From contig CAXXDV010000001.1 in assembly GCA_963674745.2 (NCBI GenBank), positions 928,001-992,000 on the forward strand: a stretch of DNA of 64,000 bases. Direction: 5' to 3'. Below, one piece after another: positions 1 to 8,595 of this stretch. The translations under genes and the position numbers were made by a program. Origin of the DNA: Desulfosudaceae bacterium (GTDB lineage: Bacteria; Desulfobacterota; Desulfobacteria; Desulfobacterales; Desulfosudaceae). Position 1 is the stretch's first letter; the number at the start of each line of letters is the position of its first letter. The notes under the pieces were generated by a model. That model was not told where the DNA came from and made no database searches. It saw only the letters and a list, made by a program, of their open reading frames with translations.

Positions 1-777
1 TTTTCCATGGATATCCTGGGCCGAAAGAAAACCAGCTACGGCAAGGTCCGGGCCTGGGGCACCGCCAGTTTCGTGGCGGTAGTAATCCTGATGGGACGAT
101 TAACGCACATCTATTCGGTAAATATTATCATCCCGTTGATTCTGGGCGGGCTGGTTCTGCAATCTTTCGGGACACTGCTGATGCCGGTGGTCAAACGTGA
201 CCGGCCGCAGGAAAAGCCGCCCATATCCACCCTGGCCAGAAAAAAACTCGTGGTTTTTCTCGTCTGCGGATTTCTGATGCTGGTCAGTCACGGTACGTAT
301 TACGGTTTTTTTTCCATCCATCTTGAAAACCTGGGCTTTGGAACCATGTTTATCGGATTTGCCTGGGCCCTTGCTTCAATTGCCGAAATAACGGTCATGA
401 TCGGTTCCACCCGGCTGTTTGACCGCTTTTCTTTGGAAAACGTGCTTGTTTTCTCTTTTTTCGTGGCCTGCATCCGCTGGATATTGCTGTTTTTCGCGGT
501 TTCCCCGGCAATGATACTGTTGGCTCAGCTTCTGCATGCCGTCACTTACGGCGCTTTTCACATGGCCAGCATCCTGTACATCGACCGGGTCAGCCCGGAA
601 GGCGCCAAAACCATCGGCCAGGCCTTGAACAACTCGGTATCGTTCGGACTGGGCATGATGATCGGGGTGTTTGTCAACGGCTACTTCTTTGATATGGTGG
701 GGTCTACGCCGTTGTTCATCGGCAGCGCTGTTGTGGCCGCCGTTGGCGGGCTTATCCTGTGGCCGGTACTTAAATAA
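1..777 (+). CDS. MFS transporter (HcaT/MFS_1-like), 5' end probably outside the window
   Basis: Many hydrophobic helices; YGKVRAWGT and AQLLHAVTYG motifs; frame is open from base 1. Confidence 0.85.
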   Translation, partial: FSMDILGRKKTSYGKVRAWGTASFVAVVILMGRLTHIYSVNIIIPLILGGLVLQSFGTLLMPVVKRDRPQEKPPISTLARKKLVVFLVCGFLMLVSHGTYYGFFSIHLENLGFGTMFIGFAWALASIAEITVMIGSTRLFDRFSLENVLVFSFFVACIRWILLFFAVSPAMILLAQLLHAVTYGAFHMASILYIDRVSPEGAKTIGQALNNSVSFGLGMMIGVFVNGYFFDMVGSTPLFIGSAVVAAVGGLILWPVLK

Positions 778-1216
778 TGCCCTGTTCCGCCCTTTTTTTC
801 AGGGCCCGGTTCATATCATCAAACGGCCTGATGACCGCTTTTTGCAATTTTGGTCTTAACAGGGGAATAAGCAGACCATAAAAGATCATGTCGTGATGCA
901 GACGGCATTTGTCTTCCGCTGTCTGCTCCATCAGAAACAGGTGCTGGCTTTCAAACACCAGTGCCAGGCCCGGGCTCCCCAACCATCTAAGCTCTTTATT
1001 TTCATCCACGACCAGCAACCGGGGTCGAAAAGTGTGCCCCCGACGGCCCTCGGGTTCAAATCGTACCGTCAGGCGCTGACCTGTCTTCACGCTGCCGCTT
1101 GCCTGCCTGATCATGGGGTTCCATTCCGGATACGCGTCAAGATCGGTCAGCACACGCCAGACCTGTTCGACGCCGGCCGAAATATCAATCTGTGTATGGA
1201 TGGTTTCCCGAAACAT
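770..1216 (-). CDS. SRPBCC / polyketide cyclase family protein
   Basis: VWRVLTDLDAYPEWNP motif; C-terminal MNRALKKRAE helix. Confidence 0.85.
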   Translation of the reverse strand: MFRETIHTQIDISAGVEQVWRVLTDLDAYPEWNPMIRQASGSVKTGQRLTVRFEPEGRRGHTFRPRLLVVDENKELRWLGSPGLALVFESQHLFLMEQTAEDKCRLHHDMIFYGLLIPLLRPKLQKAVIRPFDDMNRALKKRAEQGII

Positions 1217-1284
1217 TTCAGTTATCTGAATATTTCATAAGTTTTTTCGACATAAATCAATATATCTACAGTGAAATATCCGGA

Positions 1285-1569
1285 TTAAAAGCTTCGACGT
1301 CTGGGAGCCTTCTTGCGGCGTTTTTTTCCGTCCGGATCGGCCTGATTTACCTTGATATCCTGGCCGCCGATATATTTTCTGTTCAGGGCTTTAATGGCTT
1401 TATCCGCCTCCGAGTTGCTGGGCATTTCAACGAACGCAAAACCCTTGGATATTCCGGAATATCGGTCCTTTATCAGCTTGACACTTTCAACTTCCCCGAA
1501 CTCTGAAAACATCTTATTCAGCATATCTTCGGAAATGGATTCCGACAGATTGCCCACGTAAATATTCAT
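1285..1569 (-). CDS. RRM RNA-binding protein
   Basis: RNP2 IYVGNL and RNP1 KGFAFVEM; basic tail. Confidence 0.95.
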   Translation of the reverse strand: MNIYVGNLSESISEDMLNKMFSEFGEVESVKLIKDRYSGISKGFAFVEMPSNSEADKAIKALNRKYIGGQDIKVNQADPDGKKRRKKAPRRRSF

Positions 1570-1639
1570 CTATAATTTCCTTTCTGTTTTTTTGATTTTC
1601 TCAGGCAAACGCTCAAAGCGCAAGTAGATATTGAAAAAT

Positions 1640-1668
1640 TTGACAATTTATTCAATCTCTGGCATATT
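1640..1668 (+). promoter_or_regulatory. candidate sigma70 promoter for the gene at 1759
   Basis: TTGACA-17 nt-CATATT preceded by TGn, in an AT-rich intergenic region. Confidence 0.45.
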
Positions 1669-1758
1669 AATGATTATAGTTATCTGCCTGTTTCACCTGC
1701 GCTGACCTCAATGTTTCGATTTTTTTGACAGGTTAACCGTTGACGAAAGATTATACCG

Positions 1759-2172
1759 ATGAACAGATTTACAACCATTTCAGTTTTTGTTTTTTTCCTG
1801 CTGGGCATCTTTGCCGGCACTGTAATGGCAAAATGGTCGCTTCTTGAAGATTATCAGATGGCGGATCTGGCCGGTGATGAAGGCCTCTGCTTCGCCTCCA
1901 TACAGGACAAATGTGACTTTGAAGGGTTGAATTATGTCAGAACGTACCCGGAAGATGATCTGAATGATGATATGGACGCAGCCCGGGATCAGGGTTATGA
2001 GTTGATTTCTTATGACTTTTCGTTCAAGCACCCCATGGATCCGCCTCCGGCCCCGGTGGTGGAAACGCCCGTGTTAGGCGAAGCGTTTTTCCAGTCCGGC
2101 TGGTACACACCCGGTTATTCGGGGTGGGTCAACCTGTGGGATAAGCTCCTCGAATCCATGCCCGCGCATTAG
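1759..2172 (+). CDS. hypothetical secreted acidic protein
   Basis: Signal-peptide-like N-terminus ending VMA; fills the intergenic gap. Confidence 0.7.
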   Translation: MNRFTTISVFVFFLLGIFAGTVMAKWSLLEDYQMADLAGDEGLCFASIQDKCDFEGLNYVRTYPEDDLNDDMDAARDQGYELISYDFSFKHPMDPPPAPVVETPVLGEAFFQSGWYTPGYSGWVNLWDKLLESMPAH

Positions 2173-2180
2173 CCCCACGG

Positions 2181-2600
2181 CTACTTCTTTTCCATGGCCG
2201 CCCGTTCCTGCTCCAACTCCTTGATCAGGGCCGACAATGTCCAGCTTTCGGAAAACGGTGTCAAGGTTGCCCATAACGGGCGGGGCAATCCGGTTCCCCG
2301 ATAGGCGGACAGTGTCCGATGCAGTTCTTTTTCTTTGATCCCGGCAAGAATAATGGCCCGCACGGGTCCGGCCTCCCCGTTTCGACCGGATTGATCGGAA
2401 CGGGCAAATATATCAGCAAGTTTCTTGTCATTATCAGCCGCTGTGGCAAAAATCACCGACACCGCTTCCAAAGGAACGGCTTCGAGCATTTTTAAAATCG
2501 TGCCCTGCTCAACATCTGAAAATCCGCATACCAGCAAGGCCCTGGGACCATACAAAAGCTGGTCCGTCTCTTCCATTTTCTTAAACGTGCCCTGACTCAT
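2181..2600 (-). CDS. DUF3783-like protein
   Basis: WATLTPFSESWTLSALIKELEQER C-terminal motif; AGGAGG RBS. Confidence 0.75.
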   Translation of the reverse strand: MSQGTFKKMEETDQLLYGPRALLVCGFSDVEQGTILKMLEAVPLEAVSVIFATAADNDKKLADIFARSDQSGRNGEAGPVRAIILAGIKEKELHRTLSAYRGTGLPRPLWATLTPFSESWTLSALIKELEQERAAMEKK

Positions 2601-2780
2601 GGTTTCCTCCTTTGCCTGACCGGGGTTGTGCCATCTGATTTAAACTTTTATCATACCTGGTATCAAAATAAAAATACGGTGACTTGTTCCGGACATCAAT
2701 GATAATAAATAAAAAAGACCACCTTCCCATTAGTTGTAGTATAAGGGCTGCATAACTTTCAGTTCAGTCAAAGGTCTTGG

Positions 2781-2808
2781 AAGGGGCCAAGGGTTCAAGG
2801 GGTCAAGT
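2781..2808 (+). repeat. short 8-bp-period tandem repeat (CAAGGGGT/CAAGGGTT type)
   Basis: aaggggccaagggttcaaggggtcaag; a related copy lies in reverse orientation near 31830-31853. Confidence 0.5.
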
Positions 2809-2936
2809 AAACGACTATAAACAAAAGTCGGACGAACGTCTGGATGTTCGGCTTGTGGGTTGAAATCCGGATATTCTTAACAGAACATGCGATCCGCATT
2901 ATACTTTTTTATATACAAACGACCTCGGGAAACACC

Positions 2937-3530
2937 ATGAGCAAAGACCGCCTCAAGCAACAAATCGACTTTATCCTGGAAATCGACCGGTTGAAAACCA
3001 TTGACCGCCGGACTTACCTGACCGACACCAGCCGTTTTGAAAACTCGGCCGAGCACTCCTGGCATATCGCCGTTATGGCCCTGGTTCTGTCCGAACATGC
3101 CAACAACCCGGACATTGATCTGTTAAAAGTGATCCGCATGCTGCTGCTTCATGACCTGGTGGAGATTGACGCCGGCGACACCTTTGCCTATGACATCCGG
3201 GCCAATGAAGACAAGCAGGTCCGGGAGCAGGCCGCGGCGGAAAGAATTTTTAACCTTTTGCCTCCGGACCAGGCCGCTGTTTTCCGGGAGGCCTGGGAAG
3301 AATTTGAGGCCAGACAGACCCCGGAAGCCGTGTTTGCCGCATCCCTTGACCGGCTTCAGCCCATGCTGCACAACCTGTATACCCGGGGCAAAGCCTGGCA
3401 GGAGCACGGGGTGCGAAAGGACCAGGTCCTTGCCTTCAACCGCCACATGGCCGAGGGCGCTTCCGCCCTGTGGGACTTCGCCGTTGCCGGCATTGAAAAA
3501 GCGGTTGATCGCGGCGATCTCCAGGAATAA
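2937..3530 (+). CDS. HD-domain hydrolase (HD_3/YfbR-like)
   Basis: ENSAEHSW, LLHDLVEIDAGD and DRLQP motifs; start moved to MSKDRL. Confidence 0.9.
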   Translation: MSKDRLKQQIDFILEIDRLKTIDRRTYLTDTSRFENSAEHSWHIAVMALVLSEHANNPDIDLLKVIRMLLLHDLVEIDAGDTFAYDIRANEDKQVREQAAAERIFNLLPPDQAAVFREAWEEFEARQTPEAVFAASLDRLQPMLHNLYTRGKAWQEHGVRKDQVLAFNRHMAEGASALWDFAVAGIEKAVDRGDLQE

Positions 3531-3543
3531 AAGGACATTAAAA

Positions 3544-4575
3544 ATGCCGGGCTGGTTTAAACCCCGATATCCTCGTCTGGACTGGATCCAGGTGGAAATT
3601 ACCTCCCGCTGTAACGCCGACTGTCGTTTTTGCCCCCATCACGCCTGGCGGCAGGACTGGCAAAACCGGGACATGTCGATAGAAACATTTGAATCCCTGT
3701 TACCGGCCTTAAAGAAAACGCGGCTGGTCTATCTTCAGGGCTGGGGCGAACCCTTTCTGCACCCCGATTTTTTTAAATTGCTCAACATCGGCAGGTCAGC
3801 CGGCGCCCGGGTGGGCACCACCACCAACGGGACCCTTCTCGACCGCTCAACAACCGAACGGATGGTGACCGAAAATCTTGATTTCATTGCCTTTTCCATG
3901 GCTGGTATGTCAGAAGAAAATGACCGGATCAGAAAAGGCACCCGCCTGGAATCTGTCCGCAAAGCCATAGAAACGCTCAAACAGGTCAAAGACAATCATG
4001 GCAGCCGCACCCCGGCTGTCCATATCGCTTTTATGCTGCTTCGTTCCCGGTTAAAGGAGATTGACCGCCTGCCGGATTTTTTTGCCGGCCTGGGCGTTGA
4101 CCAGGTCGTGATCAGCTCGTTGAGCCTGGCAACGGCGCCGGAATGGAAAAAGGAGGCCATTCTTGCCGACACGCCGGAAGAATGGGCCGAACTGACGGAA
4201 CAGGTTTTAAAGGCCCGTAAAACCGCCCGCCGCCGTAACCTGGATTTGCACTTCCGGCTGGTATCTCCCCTGGCCAAACCGGAACCGTGCCATGAAAATA
4301 TCCTTCACGCGATGGTGATCGGCGTCAACGGCGATGTTTCGCCGTGTGTGATGACCAACTTTCCCCATCCCCGGCCGCCGGCCCGTCGGGTCTTCGGCAA
4401 CATCAACCATCAGCCCTTAAACAACATTTGGCGAAACCCGGCCTACCGTTCCTTTCGTCGCCAATGGGCCACCGGGAACCTGCCGGAGGACTGCCGAATT
4501 TGTCTTAAAAGCCGGATGGTTGACATCGCGTCGGAGACATCCGGCCCGACCGGAAATCTGGTACCTGATTTTTAA
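3544..4575 (+). CDS. radical SAM / SPASM domain protein
   Basis: CNADCRFC (CxxxCxxC), GWGEP, C-terminal C...GDVSPC...CRIC; real start MPGWFK. Confidence 0.9.
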   Translation: MPGWFKPRYPRLDWIQVEITSRCNADCRFCPHHAWRQDWQNRDMSIETFESLLPALKKTRLVYLQGWGEPFLHPDFFKLLNIGRSAGARVGTTTNGTLLDRSTTERMVTENLDFIAFSMAGMSEENDRIRKGTRLESVRKAIETLKQVKDNHGSRTPAVHIAFMLLRSRLKEIDRLPDFFAGLGVDQVVISSLSLATAPEWKKEAILADTPEEWAELTEQVLKARKTARRRNLDLHFRLVSPLAKPEPCHENILHAMVIGVNGDVSPCVMTNFPHPRPPARRVFGNINHQPLNNIWRNPAYRSFRRQWATGNLPEDCRICLKSRMVDIASETSGPTGNLVPDF

Positions 4576-4733
4576 CGTTTTTGATTTACTTTCAGGCCCG
4601 TCTTTTTCCCGGCCCGGTGTTCGACGACACCCATGATCCAGTCGAACAGCGCTTTGAAAACCCACCTAAAAAATCATGCCTGACTCTTTTATGGACTTTT
4701 TTTAGATTTTTTGTAATTTTTATTCTTTTTTTC

Positions 4734-4760
4734 TTGACAAAAAAGTCCAATCTGACTTTT
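4734..4760 (+). promoter_or_regulatory. -35 box plus palindromic operator upstream of TetR
   Basis: TTGACA at 4734-4739 followed by a perfect inverted repeat AAAAGTC-N6-GACTTTT at 4741-4760. Confidence 0.6.
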
Positions 4761-4803
4761 ATTGTAATTTATCACCTCATAAAAACAAAAAGGAACCCAT
4801 TTT

Positions 4804-5478
4804 ATGGCCGGAAAAAAGCCTTCTCAAGCACCCAAAATGCAGCAACGGGCGATTGCCACGCGCCAGCGCTTTCTGGAAGCCACCCTCCAGTCCCTGGCGG
4901 AAAAAGGCTACGCCGCCACCACCACCCAGGAAATCTGCCGGCGCCTCAATGTGTCCCGGGGAACCCTGCTTCACCACTTTTCCACTCGCGAAGAACTGAT
5001 CATCGAGGCGGTGGAATATGTCCTGGGGGAAAACGTGAGCCACTTCAAACAGACCATGACCAACCTGGCCGGCCGTCAACTGACAATGGTCGACATTGCC
5101 AGAAACCTCTGGGAAGAGCACTGGACCAGTCCGACCTACTATGCCTGGTTGGAACTGGTGCTGGCCTCCCGGACCGATCCGGTGCTGAACAAACAGGTCC
5201 GCTCTCTGTCCGAACGGTGGACGGAAAAATTTCACGCCGCCTTCAGGGATGTCATGGGCCGGGAACCGGACGGGGTATACTGGCTGTTTTTTCTGGTATT
5301 GAACGCTTTATCCATTGAAACCATCCACACCATGCCGGAACGCGTTAACGGCTTTCTGGATGATTTAATGGCTTTTGTGGATATCACCGACCGGTTTTTC
5401 ATTCAGTATCCCGGGCGGGCGGCGGGCCCGACCAATAGACAGGAAGACAAAATCAAAAACGAGAAAGCAGAGCAGTAA
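4804..5478 (+). CDS. TetR/AcrR family regulator
   Basis: KGYAATTTQEICRRLNVSRGTLLHHFSTREEL helix-turn-helix. Confidence 0.95.
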   Translation: MAGKKPSQAPKMQQRAIATRQRFLEATLQSLAEKGYAATTTQEICRRLNVSRGTLLHHFSTREELIIEAVEYVLGENVSHFKQTMTNLAGRQLTMVDIARNLWEEHWTSPTYYAWLELVLASRTDPVLNKQVRSLSERWTEKFHAAFRDVMGREPDGVYWLFFLVLNALSIETIHTMPERVNGFLDDLMAFVDITDRFFIQYPGRAAGPTNRQEDKIKNEKAEQ

Positions 5479-5515
5479 TTGATTGCAGGATAGCGAAACA
5501 AAAAGGAGACAAGCA

Positions 5516-6655
5516 ATGACAATTCAACAACCATTTAAACAGGGCGCGGATTTTGAATACCTGCGCAAAGTGCTGATGCGGGAAGTATCCCAGGGCCCGG
5601 TGCCGATCATCGAGCTCGTAGTTGACGGCGACCCCATGTCCGAGGTGACGGGGCTGCCCACACCCTTCAGCAGCATGCTGGACATGGTTGATTTTGTGGA
5701 AGGTGACGGTTCCATAAATCAGGATTCGATAAGAAAGGCCGTACAGGTCTATGACCTCTCTCTGGGTTTTACCCGGGCGGTGGGCTATGATTATGTCACG
5801 ATCATTCCCGCCGTTCTCATTCCGCGCACCAAAGCGAATATCAGCCGGGAGATTCCCGGTCAGGTCAAGCAGCGGGGCTGGCAGAACGAACATGACGGCT
5901 TGATTCAGGACCGGGCCGCCTTTGAGGCTTTTCCCTGGCCGGACTCGAGCGGGCTTGGCCTTGTGGGTATCGACTATATTGCACCCCAGATGCCCGAAGG
6001 CGCCAAAATCATGGTTTTTTACATGGGTATATTCGAAGACCTGCGGGCGTTGATGGGGTTTGAGCAGATGGCCATCAAGAGTATTCGCGAACCCGAACTT
6101 ATCGGCGACATTCTGGAGAAACTGACGGTCATTGCCGAAACGGAGCTTGATAAAATCGCGGCCCATCCATCGGTCGGCGCGGTATTTTATGCCGAGGACA
6201 TGGGATTCAACACCGGCACCATGCTCTCGCCGGCCTTTTTCAAAGAATGGGTTATTCCCCGCCAGAAGCGCATCGCCGATGTCGTCCACAAGCACAACAA
6301 ACCGTTTCTGCTCCATTCCTGCGGCCAGGTCGACGCCCTGATGGAGGACCTGATCGAAGTAGTGGGTATCGACGGGTATCACAGCTTTGAAGACAACATC
6401 GAACCGGTCGAGGATTTCTATAAACGCTACCACGACCGCATCTCCATCCTCGGCGGCGTGGACGTCAACCTGCTCACCCACGGCAGCGAAGAAGAGGTAC
6501 GGACCCGATGCCGCCGGATTCTCGATGCCTGCGGTCCGGGCGGGGGTTTTGCCATCGGCTCGGGCAATTCCATCACCAATTACTGCAGTATCGAAAATTA
6601 TTACACCATGCTGGATGAGACCCGGCGCTGGAATGAAGAACAGGGCTTTAAATAA
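5516..6655 (+). CDS. uroporphyrinogen decarboxylase family / MtaA-CmuA-like methyltransferase
   Basis: AEDMG...MLSP, LLHSCG and ILGGVD motifs; AGGAG RBS before MTIQQ. Confidence 0.85.
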   Translation: MTIQQPFKQGADFEYLRKVLMREVSQGPVPIIELVVDGDPMSEVTGLPTPFSSMLDMVDFVEGDGSINQDSIRKAVQVYDLSLGFTRAVGYDYVTIIPAVLIPRTKANISREIPGQVKQRGWQNEHDGLIQDRAAFEAFPWPDSSGLGLVGIDYIAPQMPEGAKIMVFYMGIFEDLRALMGFEQMAIKSIREPELIGDILEKLTVIAETELDKIAAHPSVGAVFYAEDMGFNTGTMLSPAFFKEWVIPRQKRIADVVHKHNKPFLLHSCGQVDALMEDLIEVVGIDGYHSFEDNIEPVEDFYKRYHDRISILGGVDVNLLTHGSEEEVRTRCRRILDACGPGGGFAIGSGNSITNYCSIENYYTMLDETRRWNEEQGFK

Positions 6656-6668
6656 GGGAGACAAGCAT

Positions 6669-7289
6669 ATGAAAGAACTCAAAGAAAAAATCATTGCCGG
6701 AGATGAAGCAGGCACCGCAAAGATCGTCCGCAGCCTTTTGGACGACAAGGTCGAGGTCGAGATTATCATGAAACAGGGCCTGATCGCGGCCATGGACGAA
6801 GTGGGCGACCGGTTCCAGGCCGGCAAGATATACCTGCCGGAGATGCTGGTGGCGGCCCAGGCCATGAAAAGCGGCCTGGCCGTTTTAGAACCGTTAATCA
6901 AGGGCAGCGGCGTCAAACCGGCCGGCACGGCCGTCATCGGCACCATGCAGGGTGACCTGCACGACATCGGTAAAAACCTGGTCATCATGTCCCTGGAAGG
7001 CGCCGGTTTTGAAGTCGTTGACCTGGGCATGGACGTGCCACCGGAGAAATTTGTCGACGCCATTACCGCCCATCAACCCCGGGTGGTGGGCATGAGCGCA
7101 CTGCTTAGCACTACCATGTTAGGAATGGAAAAGACGGTTACAGCCATTACGGAAGCTGGTCTCCGGGACCAGGTCAAAATCATGGTCGGCGGCGCGCCCG
7201 TCAACCAGGATTTTGCGGACAGGATCGGGGCCGATTTTTACGGCAAGGATTCGGTTGCCGCCAAGGTTTTCGCGATAGAAGCGCTTTAA
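6669..7289 (+). CDS. corrinoid (B12-binding) methyl-carrier protein
   Basis: Cap domain plus GDLHDIGKNLV (DxHxxG), MSALL and VGGAP. Confidence 0.95.
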   Translation: MKELKEKIIAGDEAGTAKIVRSLLDDKVEVEIIMKQGLIAAMDEVGDRFQAGKIYLPEMLVAAQAMKSGLAVLEPLIKGSGVKPAGTAVIGTMQGDLHDIGKNLVIMSLEGAGFEVVDLGMDVPPEKFVDAITAHQPRVVGMSALLSTTMLGMEKTVTAITEAGLRDQVKIMVGGAPVNQDFADRIGADFYGKDSVAAKVFAIEAL

Positions 7290-7323
7290 CCCCCACAATC
7301 CATACCCATAAAAGAGGGAAAAC

Positions 7324-8454
7324 ATGGCACAGCAAACGTTTCACAGCATCTGCGCCTGGACGTTCAACGCCGGCAAAGGCGGGTTCACCCCTGCCGACAC
7401 CCGGCCGCAATGGACCGAAGACCGCCTGGACACCTGCGGTAAAATAGGCCTGATCAAGGATAAAATAGCCCCCCGGCTGCCCGATCATATTCATCTGGGC
7501 CTGGAGATTCATTACGACTATGAATACAATGAGAGTGATGCCGGGGCCATTGCCGACAAACTGGTCGAGACCGGGATTTCCCTGGCCATGACCACGCCGG
7601 GCGCCCACCGACATTTCCCTTATGGTGGTCCTGCCTCTCCTGACATAAAGGAACGGGACGCGGCCCGGGAATACAGCGCGAAAGCCCTTGACCTGACCTA
7701 CGGTCCCCTGAAGAAGGCCTGGCACCCGGAGGTCCCGCCGGCTTTCGTCATCTGGAACGGTTCCTTCGGCTATGACCTGGCCACGGTCGGCATCCGCAAT
7801 ATGTACCAGAACCTGAAGGAAAGCGTGGCCGGTTTATGCCGGCTGGAAGCGGAACGCGGCGGACATCTGCATATTGCCATCGAGCCCAAGCCCAACGAAG
7901 GCCACCCGGCCATGCTCCTGCCCACGGTTGCCTCGGCCATCGTGTTCTGGCGAAAACTGCACGAGGAGTTCGGCATTGACCTGAAGCAAAAAGGGGTCAA
8001 CAAGGAGTTCGGTCATTCGGAAATGATCGGGCTGGACCATGTCTATGATACCGTGGAAGAGATCGACAACCACATGCTCTGCCACATGCACATCAACAGC
8101 CAGGGTTACAACGACGGCCTGATCCTGGGCGGCCCGGGTAAATACGATATCGACAACGGCGCCCGCATCAACGGCATGAATATCGCCATTGCCGGGCTGA
8201 TTCAACAGGCCGGCTATAACCGCTGGAAAGGCCACGACATGCAGGTCCGCGCCCATGACACCGAAGCGCAGGGCATCGACCGGGTCGTTCGCAGCATCTT
8301 AAGCTGGGACGCCTGCGAACAGGCGGCAGCGGCTCTGGATTATGACACCCTGAACGACCACCTGGCCGACCGCGAAACCGCCAAAGCCGAAGACATCATG
8401 CGCCGGGCCGTCATGCACGCCTGTGACATTTTTTACCAAATGTACGAAAGGTAG
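7324..8454 (+). CDS. xylA: xylose isomerase-like TIM-barrel protein (divergent)
   Basis: IEPKPNE, NKEFGH and KYDID motifs; linked to xylulokinase. Confidence 0.75.
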   Translation: MAQQTFHSICAWTFNAGKGGFTPADTRPQWTEDRLDTCGKIGLIKDKIAPRLPDHIHLGLEIHYDYEYNESDAGAIADKLVETGISLAMTTPGAHRHFPYGGPASPDIKERDAAREYSAKALDLTYGPLKKAWHPEVPPAFVIWNGSFGYDLATVGIRNMYQNLKESVAGLCRLEAERGGHLHIAIEPKPNEGHPAMLLPTVASAIVFWRKLHEEFGIDLKQKGVNKEFGHSEMIGLDHVYDTVEEIDNHMLCHMHINSQGYNDGLILGGPGKYDIDNGARINGMNIAIAGLIQQAGYNRWKGHDMQVRAHDTEAQGIDRVVRSILSWDACEQAAAALDYDTLNDHLADRETAKAEDIMRRAVMHACDIFYQMYER

Positions 8455-8561
8455 GGGCGGCCCCCTGTGGCCGCCCAACTGGTGGGCAACCACGGGGGGA
8501 TTGCCCCTACATGAACACCGATCATGCGCATCGTAGGGGCAGCCACGAGAGGTGCCCCTAC
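8451..8561. repeat. GTAG-family REP / REPIN-like palindromic cluster
   Basis: GTAGGGGC...GCCCCTAC inverted pairs at 8451-8510 and 8533-8561. Confidence 0.8.
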
Positions 8562-8595
8562 ATGAACCGCTGATAAATGAAGGTAAAAACACTTA

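Noticed and set aside
1600..1630. Cyclic-di-GMP (GEMM) riboswitch suggested by GGCAAAC...CGCAAG
   Set aside because: The GNRA-capped stem and second hairpin are missing and the spacing is too short
3151..3543. 131-aa N-terminal extension of the radical SAM protein
   Set aside because: It overlaps the HD gene out of frame; an AAGGA RBS supports the ATG at 3544
5516..6655. Call as hemE
   Set aside because: No N-terminal RQAGR motif; the HxC motif and adjacent corrinoid gene point to the methyltransferase-like branch
5453..7063. 536-aa minus-strand ORF
   Set aside because: Antisense shadow of the methyltransferase and corrinoid genes with no recognisable motifs; the same applies to most short overlapping ORFs in the GC-rich regions
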